A stretch of 64,000 nt of DNA from an uncultured delta proteobacterium (GTDB taxonomy: Bacteria > Desulfobacterota > Binatia > Binatales > Binataceae). Shown piece after piece: positions 7,100 to 15,881 of this stretch. Made by a program: the position numbers and the translations under genes. Each line of letters opens with the position of its first letter. The first letter of the stretch is position 1. The notes under the pieces were generated by a model. That model worked only from the letters and a program-made list of their open reading frames with translations. It was not told the origin of the DNA and made no database searches. The DNA is taken from positions 224,001 through 288,000 of the forward strand of contig CAVRVY010000004.1 in the NCBI GenBank assembly GCA_963724765.1, written 5' to 3'.

Positions 7100-9358
7100 C
7101 TACTTGGGCTGGTCGGGGACGATCTTCAGGCTGCCCTGACGCGGCGCTGGCGCGGCGGCGCCGCTAGCGCCAGTTCCGCGGCCGCGGCCTTTGCCCCGTC
7201 CGCGCGGCAGCAATGATGGCTTCTCGCTCGCGTCTTTTACCTTGTGACGCTCGGCGCGCCCGCGCGCCGCCTCGCCTGCATGCTGATGTGCCGAGCCGGG
7301 CGGCTGCGGCGGGGCGGCCGCGGTCTCGCGCTTCTGGTCGAGTCCGAAGACCTGGCGCTCGAGGCGCTTGATCCGATCGCGCAGTTCGGCGGCGCGTTCG
7401 TATTCTAGTCGCTCCGCCGCTTCCATCATCTCCTGCCGAAGTCCCGTGATGCGGTCGGGCAGTTCGTGCGCCGCAATCAGTTCCGTGTCGGGCGGCGCGT
7501 CGTCGACCTCCGGCACCACGGCCCATTCGGGCGAATACATCTCGACCAGCGAGGCGTCGATCGCCTTCACGATCGACTGCGGCGTGATCCCGTGCTCCTC
7601 GTTATAAGCGACCTGCCGGGCGCGGCGGCGGTTGGTCTCCTCGATCGCCTTGCGCATCGAGTCGGTCATCGTGTCGGCGTACATGATGACCTTGCCCTCG
7701 ACGTTGCGCGCGGCGCGGCCGATGGTCTGGATGAGCGAGCGGGCCGAGCGCAGGTAGCCCTCCTTGTCGGCGTCAAGGATCGCGACCAGCGAAACCTCGG
7801 GCAGGTCGAGTCCCTCGCGCAGCAGGTTGATGCCGACCAGGACGTCGAACTCGCCCTTGCGCAGGCTCCGGATGATCTCGACGCGCTCGATGGTCTCGAT
7901 GTCCGAGTGCAGGTAGCGCACGCGCACGCCGAGGTCGTGGTAGTAGTCGGTCAGGTCCTCGGCCATCTTCTTGGTCAGGCAGGTGACGAGCACGCGCTCG
8001 CCGGCCTCGACCCGCTTGCGGATTTCGCCCAGCAGATCATCGACCTGTGTGCCCGCCTTGCGCACCTCGATCTCGGGATCGATTAGCCCGGTGGGACGGA
8101 TGAGCTGTTCGACCACCAGGCCGCCCGAGCTTTTGAGCTCGTAGTCGCCCGGCGTGGCCGAGACGTAAACCACCTGGCGCGCCAGCCCTTCCCATTCCTC
8201 GAAGTTGAGCGGGCGGTTGTCGAGCGCCGAGGGCAGGCGGAAGCCGAACTCGACCAGGGTCTGCTTGCGCGAGCGGTCGCCGCGGTACATCCCGCCAAGC
8301 TGCGGGACAGTGACGTGGCTCTCGTCGACGAACATCAGGAAGTCGCGCGGAAAGTAGTCGAGCAGCGTCGGTGGCGGCTGGCCGGGTGCGCGGCCCGTAA
8401 GATGGCGCGAGTAGTTTTCGATCCCCGGGCAAAAGCCCATCTCGGCCAGCAGTTCGAGGTCGTACATCGTGCGCTGCTCCAGGCGCTGGGCCTCGAGCAA
8501 TCGATTCTCGCTGCGGAAGAGCTCCAGCCGCTCCTTGAGCTCGCTGCGGATGTTGCGCACCGCCTCCTCCATCCGGTCCTCGGTAGTCACGTAGTGCGAG
8601 GCCGGATAGATGCATACGCTCTGGAGTTTGCGAATCACTTTGCCGCGCAGCGGATCGATCTCGTACAGCGCCTCGACCTGGTCGCCGAAGAACTCGACGC
8701 GCACCGCGCGGCTTTCTTCGTAGGCCGGGAAGACCTCGACGATATCGCCGCGCACCCGGAAAGTGCCGCGATGGAAGTCGTAGTCATTGCGCTGGTACTG
8801 GATGTCGACCAGCTTGCGCAGCACGCGGTCGCGTTCGATGGTCTGGCCTTCTTCGAGAAACGCCAGCATCTCGAAGTAGACCTCCGGCTCGCCCAGGCCG
8901 TAGATGCACGAGACCGAGGCGACGATCAGGACGTCGTTGCGCTCAAGCAGGGCCTTGGTGGCCGAGTGGCGCAGCTTGTCGATCTCGTCGTTGATGCTGG
9001 CGTCCTTCTCGATGTACGTATCGGTCGAGGGAACGTAGGCCTCGGGCTGGTAGTAGTCGTAGTAGGAGACGAAATAGCGGACAGCGTTGTCCGGGAACAG
9101 GCTCTTGAACTCGTTGTAGAGCTGGGCGGCGAGCGTCTTGTTGGGCGCGATCACCAGCGTGGGCTTGTTCACGTTGGCCACCACGTTGGCCATCGTGAAG
9201 GTCTTGCCTGAGCCGGTGACGCCGAGCAGCACCTGCTGATGCACGCCGTCGCGCACGTTGCGGGTCAGCGCCTCGATCGCGGCGGGCTGATCGCCCTCCG
9301 GACGATAGCCGGAGACCAGCCGAAAGATTCCTTCTTTACCGCGCGCCAACGAAAGCAC
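7100..9358 (-). CDS. uvrB: Excinuclease ABC subunit B
   Basis: [18 protein letters not shown] beta-hairpin, [13 protein letters not shown] and UVR domain. Confidence 0.97.
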   Translation of the reverse strand: MLSLARGKEGIFRLVSGYRPEGDQPAAIEALTRNVRDGVHQQVLLGVTGSGKTFTMANVVANVNKPTLVIAPNKTLAAQLYNEFKSLFPDNAVRYFVSYYDYYQPEAYVPSTDTYIEKDASINDEIDKLRHSATKALLERNDVLIVASVSCIYGLGEPEVYFEMLAFLEEGQTIERDRVLRKLVDIQYQRNDYDFHRGTFRVRGDIVEVFPAYEESRAVRVEFFGDQVEALYEIDPLRGKVIRKLQSVCIYPASHYVTTEDRMEEAVRNIRSELKERLELFRSENRLLEAQRLEQRTMYDLELLAEMGFCPGIENYSRHLTGRAPGQPPPTLLDYFPRDFLMFVDESHVTVPQLGGMYRGDRSRKQTLVEFGFRLPSALDNRPLNFEEWEGLARQVVYVSATPGDYELKSSGGLVVEQLIRPTGLIDPEIEVRKAGTQVDDLLGEIRKRVEAGERVLVTCLTKKMAEDLTDYYHDLGVRVRYLHSDIETIERVEIIRSLRKGEFDVLVGINLLREGLDLPEVSLVAILDADKEGYLRSARSLIQTIGRAARNVEGKVIMYADTMTDSMRKAIEETNRRRARQVAYNEEHGITPQSIVKAIDASLVEMYSPEWAVVPEVDDAPPDTELIAAHELPDRITGLRQEMMEAAERLEYERAAELRDRIKRLERQVFGLDQKRETAAAPPQPPGSAHQHAGEAARGRAERHKVKDASEKPSLLPRGRGKGRGRGTGASGAAAPAPRQGSLKIVPDQPK

Positions 9359-9493
9359 AATACAAGTTTAGCAGGCTCGCTTGGTCGCCCGCGACCCCGG
9401 ATTCGATAGCTCGCATGAGGACGGATCCACACAGGCTACTATGCGCTGCACGCCGCAGCCCGTGCCAGAAGGGTCTTGCAGCGCTACAAATTA

Positions 9494-9525
9494 TTGCAAT
9501 GGTCCCAAAAAACTACATATAGTTC
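9494..9525 (+). promoter_or_regulatory. Putative sigma70 promoter (TTGCAA-N18-TATAGT) overlapped by palindrome AACTA-CATA-TAGTT
   Basis: AT-rich patch upstream of the ompA-like gene, divergent from uvrB. Confidence 0.4.
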
Positions 9526-9703
9526 TACCGGCGTAGCAATTAGGGTTGTCAACTCTATGCTTGGTTGGCGCCCGCCAAATGGCCCATAGCTGCGGCGGAT
9601 TTGTGTGTAGCGGTTCCCGCTGTGCTCAGCCGATTCGCTGAGCGGAATTGGCGTGACCGATTGCATCGCGCTTCGGCGCCCGGGCGAGATAAAGGAAAGG
9701 TGC

Positions 9704-10369
9704 ATGATAGGACGAAGACGAGGGAAGGGGCTCTGGGTGCTGTGGACTGCGGCTGCGATTACATTCGCCGGTTGCGGCATGACCACGGAGCAGAGGGATT
9801 ACACCATCTATGGTGCCGTGGCCGGTGCCGCAGTCGGCGGTGGTATCGGTGGCGGTGTATTTGCTGCCGATAACCACGATAATTGGCCCGCGATTCCGGC
9901 CGGCATCGTCGGTGGTGCAATCATCGGTGGAATTATCGGCTACCTGATAGCGCCTCCACCCCCACCGCCGCCTCCGCCGCCACCTCCTCCGCCCCCACCT
10001 CCTCCGCCGCCACCTCCTCCGCCGGCGCCAGAGAAGATAATCCTGCGTGGCGTCCACTTTGATTTCGACAAGTCAAACATCCGTCCGCAGGATGCGGCCG
10101 TACTCAATGAGGCCGCGGAAACCCTGAAGTCGCACTCGAACGTGACGGTCAACGTCAATGGCTATTGCGACGCGATCGGCTCGGTCAGGTACAACCTGCG
10201 GCTCTCCGAGCGCCGGTCAGACGCAGTCGTGAAGTATCTGGCCGACCATGGCGTGGCGGAAGGCCGCCTGAGCCCGCACGGCTATGGGAAGACGGACTTC
10301 GTCGCCACCAACAAGACCGCCGAAGGACGCGCCCAGAACCGCCGGGTCGAACTGGTGCCGAGCCAGTGA
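9704..10369 (+). CDS. OmpA-family lipoprotein with glycine zipper and 24-Pro linker
   Basis: Lipobox FAGC, GxxxG zipper, and OmpA-C domain (VHFDFDKS, NLRLSERRS, NRRVE). Confidence 0.93.
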   Translation: MIGRRRGKGLWVLWTAAAITFAGCGMTTEQRDYTIYGAVAGAAVGGGIGGGVFAADNHDNWPAIPAGIVGGAIIGGIIGYLIAPPPPPPPPPPPPPPPPPPPPPPPPAPEKIILRGVHFDFDKSNIRPQDAAVLNEAAETLKSHSNVTVNVNGYCDAIGSVRYNLRLSERRSDAVVKYLADHGVAEGRLSPHGYGKTDFVATNKTAEGRAQNRRVELVPSQ

Positions 10370-10406
10370 AGCCTGTCAGTAAGGTCTGATAGTCGAGCTC
10401 TGAATG

Positions 10407-10439
10407 CGGCAGCAGCCCCCGTCACGGGGGCTGCTGCCG
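10407..10439 (+). terminator. Strong hairpin after ompA-like gene
   Basis: CGGCAGCAGCCCCCG-tca-CGGGGGCTGCTGCCG perfect stem; no U-tract. Confidence 0.6.
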
Positions 10440-10546
10440 TGCTAGCAGATTGCATCCTGCCTCTGAAACTCTGTCGTGCCCGCCTCTTTACACGGCTAGA
10501 TAAAGGTTAATAATGCAGTGAAAGGAACGACTTCCCGGGGGAAGCT

Positions 10547-11428
10547 ATGAGTTACGTCAGGCAGGGTGGAAGCAGGCTGAGTGGAATGGCGGCGGGATTT
10601 GTTCTGTTGGGATTGGCTGCGCTTCCAATCACCGGATGCTCACAATTGACTAACCAGTCGGCAGATGAGGTGGCTGCATCCTCACTGTCTGGCTCTTCGA
10701 TGAAGGTGCAAGGCACCGTACCTGCGGGAGCCTCGACGAGCGCCGACGCCGCCAGCGTCCCGGCCGCGCCTGACGCGCAGGCCGCCGCTCCAAACGTGGC
10801 CGCGGCGGCCGCCGTTCCCGCGCCGACAATTCCTCCCGTGACCTCTCCTACGACCCCTGCCCTTGCGGCCGCCGCGCCGTTGGCTGCCGTTTTGCCGCCG
10901 AACCTCGGGCAGGCAAGTCCCAAGGCCACCGCTGTCATCGCAAGCACTGGCCCTACGGCACTGAACGTCGCCGGCGGCGGCAGTCCAGCCGTGGGTGTCG
11001 CGAGCACCGGCACTCCGGTCCTGAAAGGATTGAGCGGCAGCGGGATGCAGGGCACGGCGCAAACGCTCAACCCGGTCATGATGCGGGCGCTCAAGCAGTT
11101 CCAAGTCGCCAGCGCTGCCTTTCCTGGTTTCTGCCGCGACTGGGCGCACAAGCTGAGCGTGCGCGAGCACGACAACCTGGGGAACATCAAGTGGGTGATG
11201 CACGACGGATCCGAGACTGGAAACTATGTCGGCTACAGCCCGATCGACTCTTGCACCTGCAAAGAGGCGAGCAACGGAGTTGCAGTCGGCATACTCACCT
11301 ACAAGGAATTTGACTACACGCTGACCGGCAAGAGCGTCGAGGAAGCGAAGCATGCGACGCCGCACGCGACCGCGGTAGTCCCGACGCGCGAGATCTTCGC
11401 CTACGAGAAGGGCAAGTGGTTCTGGTAA
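10547..11428 (+). CDS. Hypothetical lipoprotein (Ala/Pro-rich linker plus C-terminal globular domain)
   Basis: Hydrophobic signal and ITGC lipobox; coding-like codon use. Confidence 0.8.
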   Translation: MSYVRQGGSRLSGMAAGFVLLGLAALPITGCSQLTNQSADEVAASSLSGSSMKVQGTVPAGASTSADAASVPAAPDAQAAAPNVAAAAAVPAPTIPPVTSPTTPALAAAAPLAAVLPPNLGQASPKATAVIASTGPTALNVAGGGSPAVGVASTGTPVLKGLSGSGMQGTAQTLNPVMMRALKQFQVASAAFPGFCRDWAHKLSVREHDNLGNIKWVMHDGSETGNYVGYSPIDSCTCKEASNGVAVGILTYKEFDYTLTGKSVEEAKHATPHATAVVPTREIFAYEKGKWFW

Positions 11429-11506
11429 GCCGGCGTGGCTGAAGTAGCCGGGATCCTGTTCTGCACGTTCATCATCGCGCAGGATGGATTTTGCTATACG
11501 GCACGC

Positions 11507-11689
11507 ATGTCCGCTGGACTGTATTGGTTGACCCGCCACGAGAGGCCCGGTCCTTCTACTCGCTACTCGCAAGCAGCCGTGAGATGGTACTTCGGACCTC
11601 GCGCCGTGATCCTGTGGACCTACCTTCTTCTGGGATTGCTCTTTGCCTCGACGGGGCTGTTCGGACCTTGTAACGGTTACCAGCACTAG
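11507..11689 (+). CDS. Small putative membrane protein
   Basis: One hydrophobic segment (VILWTYLLLGLLFASTGLF); start uncertain. Confidence 0.4.
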   Translation: MSAGLYWLTRHERPGPSTRYSQAAVRWYFGPRAVILWTYLLLGLLFASTGLFGPCNGYQH

Positions 11690-11715
11690 TGCCAATTCAG
11701 GCGCGCATCCCAGAT

Positions 11716-11934
11716 ATGGAAAAGATCAAAGTGATCCACGATGCCGTTGGACACACTCTCACGGTCTGGCTCGACGAACCCGCCAAAGAGAGCGTCTGCG
11801 AGGAGACGGCCGACGAGGTCGTGTTGATGAAGGACGTGGGCGGCCCGGTCATCGGCTTCGAGTTACTGGACTATCACCCTGCCCACGGCGAAGCCGTTAT
11901 CGCTGTCGAGACCGTGGTCCGTTCCGAACCCTAG
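11716..11934 (+). CDS. DUF2283-like small acidic protein
   Basis: KVIHD...TLTVWL...EE...VVLMKD..G.VIGFELL pattern. Confidence 0.7.
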   Translation: MEKIKVIHDAVGHTLTVWLDEPAKESVCEETADEVVLMKDVGGPVIGFELLDYHPAHGEAVIAVETVVRSEP

Positions 11935-11955
11935 CTTTGCCCGGTGGCGCGCTGC

Positions 11956-13179
11956 TCAGTTCAGGTCCTTGCTCGAGTACTCCAGGATCCGCCGCGCCAC
12001 GATGATCATGTTGATCTGCTGGGTGCCCTCGAAGATGTCGTTGATCTTCGCGTCGCGCATCCACTTCTCGACCAGGTTGCGGCGCGAGTAGCCGAGCGGC
12101 CCCAGCAATTCGACCGCCTTCTGCGTGATCAGCGTGACCGCGAGGCCCGCCTTGGCCTTGGCCATCGAGGCCTCCAGGCTGTTGCGCATTCCCATGTCGA
12201 GCATCCATGCCGCGCGCCAGGTGAGCAGGCGCGCCGCCTTGAGCTGGACTTCCACCTCCATGAAATCGCGCTCGACCGCGCTCAACCGCCGCGGCGAGAG
12301 CCCATAGCGAATTTCGACCTTCTGCTCGGCGAGGAAGTCGCGCACGAAATCGAGCGCCGCGCGTCCCACGCCAATCGCCATAGCCGCCACGATCGGACGG
12401 GTCGCATCGAACGTCGCCATCACGTCCTTGAAACCGCCGCCGTCGCGACTGACCTCGGCGCTGCCGAGCAGGTGGTCGGCCGGAACGCGGCAGTTGTCGA
12501 AAACCAGCGCCGCGGTGTCGCTCACCCGGATCCCGAGCTTCTTTTCCAGCCGCGCGACCGACATCCCGGGCGTGCCGTGCTCGACCACGAAGGGCTTTAT
12601 GCCGGGGCGGCCGGCGCTCTTGTCGACCGTCGCCCAGACCACCACGAAGCCCTCGGATTTCTCCACCGCCATCCAGCCCGAGGTGCAGAAAATCTTGTTG
12701 CCGTTGAGCACCCAGTGATCGCCGTCGCGGGTCGCGGTGGTGGTGATCGCGGCTGAATCCGAACCGCATCCGGGCTCGGTGATAGCCATCGCGCCCCATT
12801 TCGGTTTGCCGCCGCGAAACGGCGCGAGAAACCGCTGCTTCTGCTCAGGGGTGCCGGCCGCCATCACCGCCGCTCCGCCCAGTCCGGCATTGGGAATCGA
12901 CAGGAAGAGCCCGGCGTCGCCCCAGCACAGTTCCTCGGTGGTGGCGACGGTGTATACGTTGCGCATCTTCACGGCGCCCTGCCCGCTCGCGTCGCCGCCA
13001 GCCATCGGATCGCCGCCGGGCGCGGTGCTCGCGGCCCACATCGCGTTGAGGAAGTCCCACGGCTTGTCGTGCTCGCGCTCGTCGTATTCGCGCGAGATCG
13101 GCCGCATCATCTGTTCGGCCACGGTGTGGAAAAGCTCGATACGTTTTTGGGTCTGCGGGTCGATTTCGAAATCGATCAT
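11956..13179 (-). CDS. Acyl-CoA dehydrogenase
   Basis: AITEPGCGSD, LNGNKIF, RDAKINDIFEGTQQI. Confidence 0.94.
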   Translation of the reverse strand: MIDFEIDPQTQKRIELFHTVAEQMMRPISREYDEREHDKPWDFLNAMWAASTAPGGDPMAGGDASGQGAVKMRNVYTVATTEELCWGDAGLFLSIPNAGLGGAAVMAAGTPEQKQRFLAPFRGGKPKWGAMAITEPGCGSDSAAITTTATRDGDHWVLNGNKIFCTSGWMAVEKSEGFVVVWATVDKSAGRPGIKPFVVEHGTPGMSVARLEKKLGIRVSDTAALVFDNCRVPADHLLGSAEVSRDGGGFKDVMATFDATRPIVAAMAIGVGRAALDFVRDFLAEQKVEIRYGLSPRRLSAVERDFMEVEVQLKAARLLTWRAAWMLDMGMRNSLEASMAKAKAGLAVTLITQKAVELLGPLGYSRRNLVEKWMRDAKINDIFEGTQQINMIIVARRILEYSSKDLN

Positions 13180-13248
13180 GTTATTTGGCTCCGCGTGAAT
13201 TGTCTCCGCACTTGGCTCAAGCGGCTTAAGCTCAAAGTGCCGCGATAC

Positions 13249-14349
13249 TTAGACTGTGGCGAGCCCCTCAAGCGCGGAAAAGCCGCGCGCGTTGCGCAGC
13301 CACATCTCGACCGGATGCTCGCGGATGTAGCCGTGGCCGCCGAGCACCTGGACCGCGTTGTCAGTGACCTTGAGCGCCGAGGCTGCGATATAGTTGCGCG
13401 CGAGGTAGCTCTCCTTGTGCGCGTCCGCGCCGCGGTCGAGATGCCATGCGGCCTCCCATACCAGCAGTCGCGCCGCGTCGATCTCGATCGCCATGTCGGC
13501 CAGCATGAAGGCGACCGCCTGCTTGCTCGCGATCGGCACTCCGAAAGCTTTGCGCTCCTTGGCGTAATCGCGCGCGTAGTCAAAGGCGGCGTGCGCCACC
13601 CCGACGCCCATCGCCGCCATCGCGACCCGCGACTGGCTCATCGCGCGCCTGAAATTGGCTCCGCCCTCGGCGCCCAGATGTGCCTCGGCCCCGACGCGGC
13701 ATCCCTTGAGTTCGACCGCGAAGGTCTCGAGCGCCTTGAGCCCCATGTTTTTCTCGCGCTCGCCGACGCTCAGTCCCGGCGAGTCGCGCGCGAGCAAAAA
13801 GCCGTCGACACGGTCGTAGTTTGCGCTCGCCGCCCACACCAGCAGCGTGTCTGACGCGGCGGCCAGCGCGACCATGCACTTGACGCCGTCGAGCACGAAA
13901 CTGTTGCCGTCGCGGCGCGCCACGGTCGTCATCGCCGCCGGATCGAAATCCCATCGCGGCTCCATCAGTGCCGCGCTCGCGGCGGCGAAGCTTGGGCCGG
14001 TGAAGCGCTTGAGATAGCGCTGGCGCTGCTCGTCGGTCCCCATCTCGAGCACCGGGAAGGCCAGCAGGCGCGGCGCCAGCACGTGGGCCGCGATCGCGAG
14101 GTCGCCGTAGGCGAGTTCCTCGGCGATTATGGCGCCGGTCGTCGCCAGGCGGGTGTCGCCGTTGCCGCCGAGGCTCTCGGGAATCGGCCCCTGCACCAGC
14201 CCCAGTTGCCAAGCCTGCGCGACCAGCGCCGCCGGAATCTCGCCGCTCTCGTCGGCGGGCCGTGCCGCGGGACGAATCTGCTCGCGGGCGAACGCGCCGA
14301 CGGTGTCGCGGATCATCTGTTGTTCTTCGCTTAAATCGAAGCTCAGCAT
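13249..14349 (-). CDS. Acyl-CoA dehydrogenase (paired, possibly heteromeric partner)
   Basis: RKAFGVPIASKQ and QVLGGHGYIRE motifs; C-terminus ends shortly after LEG. Confidence 0.92.
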   Translation of the reverse strand: MLSFDLSEEQQMIRDTVGAFAREQIRPAARPADESGEIPAALVAQAWQLGLVQGPIPESLGGNGDTRLATTGAIIAEELAYGDLAIAAHVLAPRLLAFPVLEMGTDEQRQRYLKRFTGPSFAAASAALMEPRWDFDPAAMTTVARRDGNSFVLDGVKCMVALAAASDTLLVWAASANYDRVDGFLLARDSPGLSVGEREKNMGLKALETFAVELKGCRVGAEAHLGAEGGANFRRAMSQSRVAMAAMGVGVAHAAFDYARDYAKERKAFGVPIASKQAVAFMLADMAIEIDAARLLVWEAAWHLDRGADAHKESYLARNYIAASALKVTDNAVQVLGGHGYIREHPVEMWLRNARGFSALEGLATV

Positions 14350-14516
14350 GGTCGATTCAAACCGGTTCCATTTGAATTGCGCCGCGCGCGCGGGAAGTCA
14401 CAATGCCCAATGCCGGCGGGCTCGCGACGCGGCAGTCATGTCCGCAATACTAGCTTCGCGCACGCGATAACGCATCCGCAGTGCCGCCCGCTTCGGGACC
14501 TCACGAGCCGCGCCAG

Positions 14517-14678
14517 TCAGGCGCCGCTCTCCTCCTCTTCGCGCCGCAGTCGTTCGCGTTCGCGGGCGCGCCGGTACGTCGTCGGCGGTTCCTCCACCTT
14601 GGTCGGTGGCGGCACGGGCTTGCGCACCTTGCTCGACGGCGACTTGCGCTTGCGCCGGATCGGCTTGCGCGATCGCAT
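14517..14678 (-). CDS. 53-aa highly basic small protein
   Basis: MRSRKPIRRKRKSPSSKVRKPVPPPTKVEEPPTTYRRARERERLRREEEESGA*; GGAG before ATG; GC3-rich codons; not in the ORF track. Confidence 0.6.
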   Translation of the reverse strand: MRSRKPIRRKRKSPSSKVRKPVPPPTKVEEPPTTYRRARERERLRREEEESGA

Positions 14679-14729
14679 GCTCCGCAATACTAATCCGAGA
14701 ATCGAGTAAAGCCAGCCCGGAAAGTAGCG

Positions 14730-15530
14730 CTACGTCACAAAGCGCCCAAGAAAGCTGAGCTGCAGGCCGGTGACCGAGCCGCCGGCGGCGCGACGCGAAA
14801 AGTAGCGCTCGGACTCGCACTTGGTGCACGGCCCTACCTTCTGGATTCCCTCGCGCTCGAGACCCGCCGCGGCAAGTTGATCGGTGACGATCCCGCGGAG
14901 ATCGAGGTAAGCTTTGCCCGCGTGATCGCTCGGATGGACATGTGTGTGAGCGCGCTCGAAACGGCGCTCGAAGCGCCTGGCCAACTCGTCGTCGACCTCG
15001 TAGCAGCACGGGCCTATCGAGGGACCCAGCAGCGCGCGAATGGCGCTCGCGCGCGCCCCCTGCCGCACCATGGCGCGTACGCCCGCCCCGGATATCCCGG
15101 CCAGCGTCCCGCGCCATCCCGCGTGCAGGGCCGCAATCACGCCCCGCTCCGTGTCGGCCAGCAGTACCGGCACGCAGTCGGCGGTGAAGATGCAGAGCAC
15201 CACCCCGGGCATCGCAGTGACCAGCCCGTCGCCCTCGGGACGCGGGTCGGCGTCGGCGCGCGGACCTACGGTATAGATGGCCTTGCCATGGACCTGCTTG
15301 AGCTGGGCGAAGCGCACCCCGCGCGGCATCAACCGGCGCGCCCGCTGCCAGTTGACGTCGACCGAGCGCGAGTTGTCGCCGGCCCAGTACGAAAGATTGA
15401 GCGAAGCATAGGGGCCGCGGCTTAAGCCGGCCTCGCGGCCCAAAAAGCCATGACAAAGCGTGGGCTCGTCCCAGACCTGAAGAACCGGGGGAACCGGCGG
15501 AAGCGATGTAGCTCGGCGAAGCGCGCGCAC
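14730..15530 (-). CDS. pgeF: Peptidoglycan editing factor PgeF (YfiH/laccase-domain)
   Basis: QVHG, TADCVP, HAGWRG, GPSIGPCCYEV and YFSRR motifs. Confidence 0.92.
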   Translation of the reverse strand: MRALRRATSLPPVPPVLQVWDEPTLCHGFLGREAGLSRGPYASLNLSYWAGDNSRSVDVNWQRARRLMPRGVRFAQLKQVHGKAIYTVGPRADADPRPEGDGLVTAMPGVVLCIFTADCVPVLLADTERGVIAALHAGWRGTLAGISGAGVRAMVRQGARASAIRALLGPSIGPCCYEVDDELARRFERRFERAHTHVHPSDHAGKAYLDLRGIVTDQLAAAGLEREGIQKVGPCTKCESERYFSRRAAGGSVTGLQLSFLGRFVT

Positions 15531-15598
15531 TCGGTTGTCCGGTACCGGAAGGTTAACCTATAATTCTGATCTTTGGAATTCGCGCGCGGGGTCGCCCT

Positions 15599-15820
15599 AT
15601 GAATGGCTACGAATATCTCCTCGAACGTAATCGCCTGATGTACAGGCTGGAAGACGACCTGGCGCGGTTGCGGGACCTGCCTGCGGCCGAGCGCCAGGAG
15701 AAAACCGCACGCCTGCAAGGCGCCTTCGACATCAGGCTGGCCGAGCTTTACGCCAAGGTCGCCAACGAATACCCGGGCGAGCGGCGCAAGAAAGCCCGCC
15801 CATTGGCAGACCCACGCTAA
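15599..15820 (+). CDS. Hypothetical helical protein (73 aa)
   Basis: ATG start, coding-like codon bias, upstream of uvrA. Confidence 0.65.
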   Translation: MNGYEYLLERNRLMYRLEDDLARLRDLPAAERQEKTARLQGAFDIRLAELYAKVANEYPGERRKKARPLADPR

Positions 15821-15881
15821 CCAACGGACCGGCAGCCGTCCGTCGGCGCCCACCTTCGTCCAGGAACCAGAGTAAAAAGCA

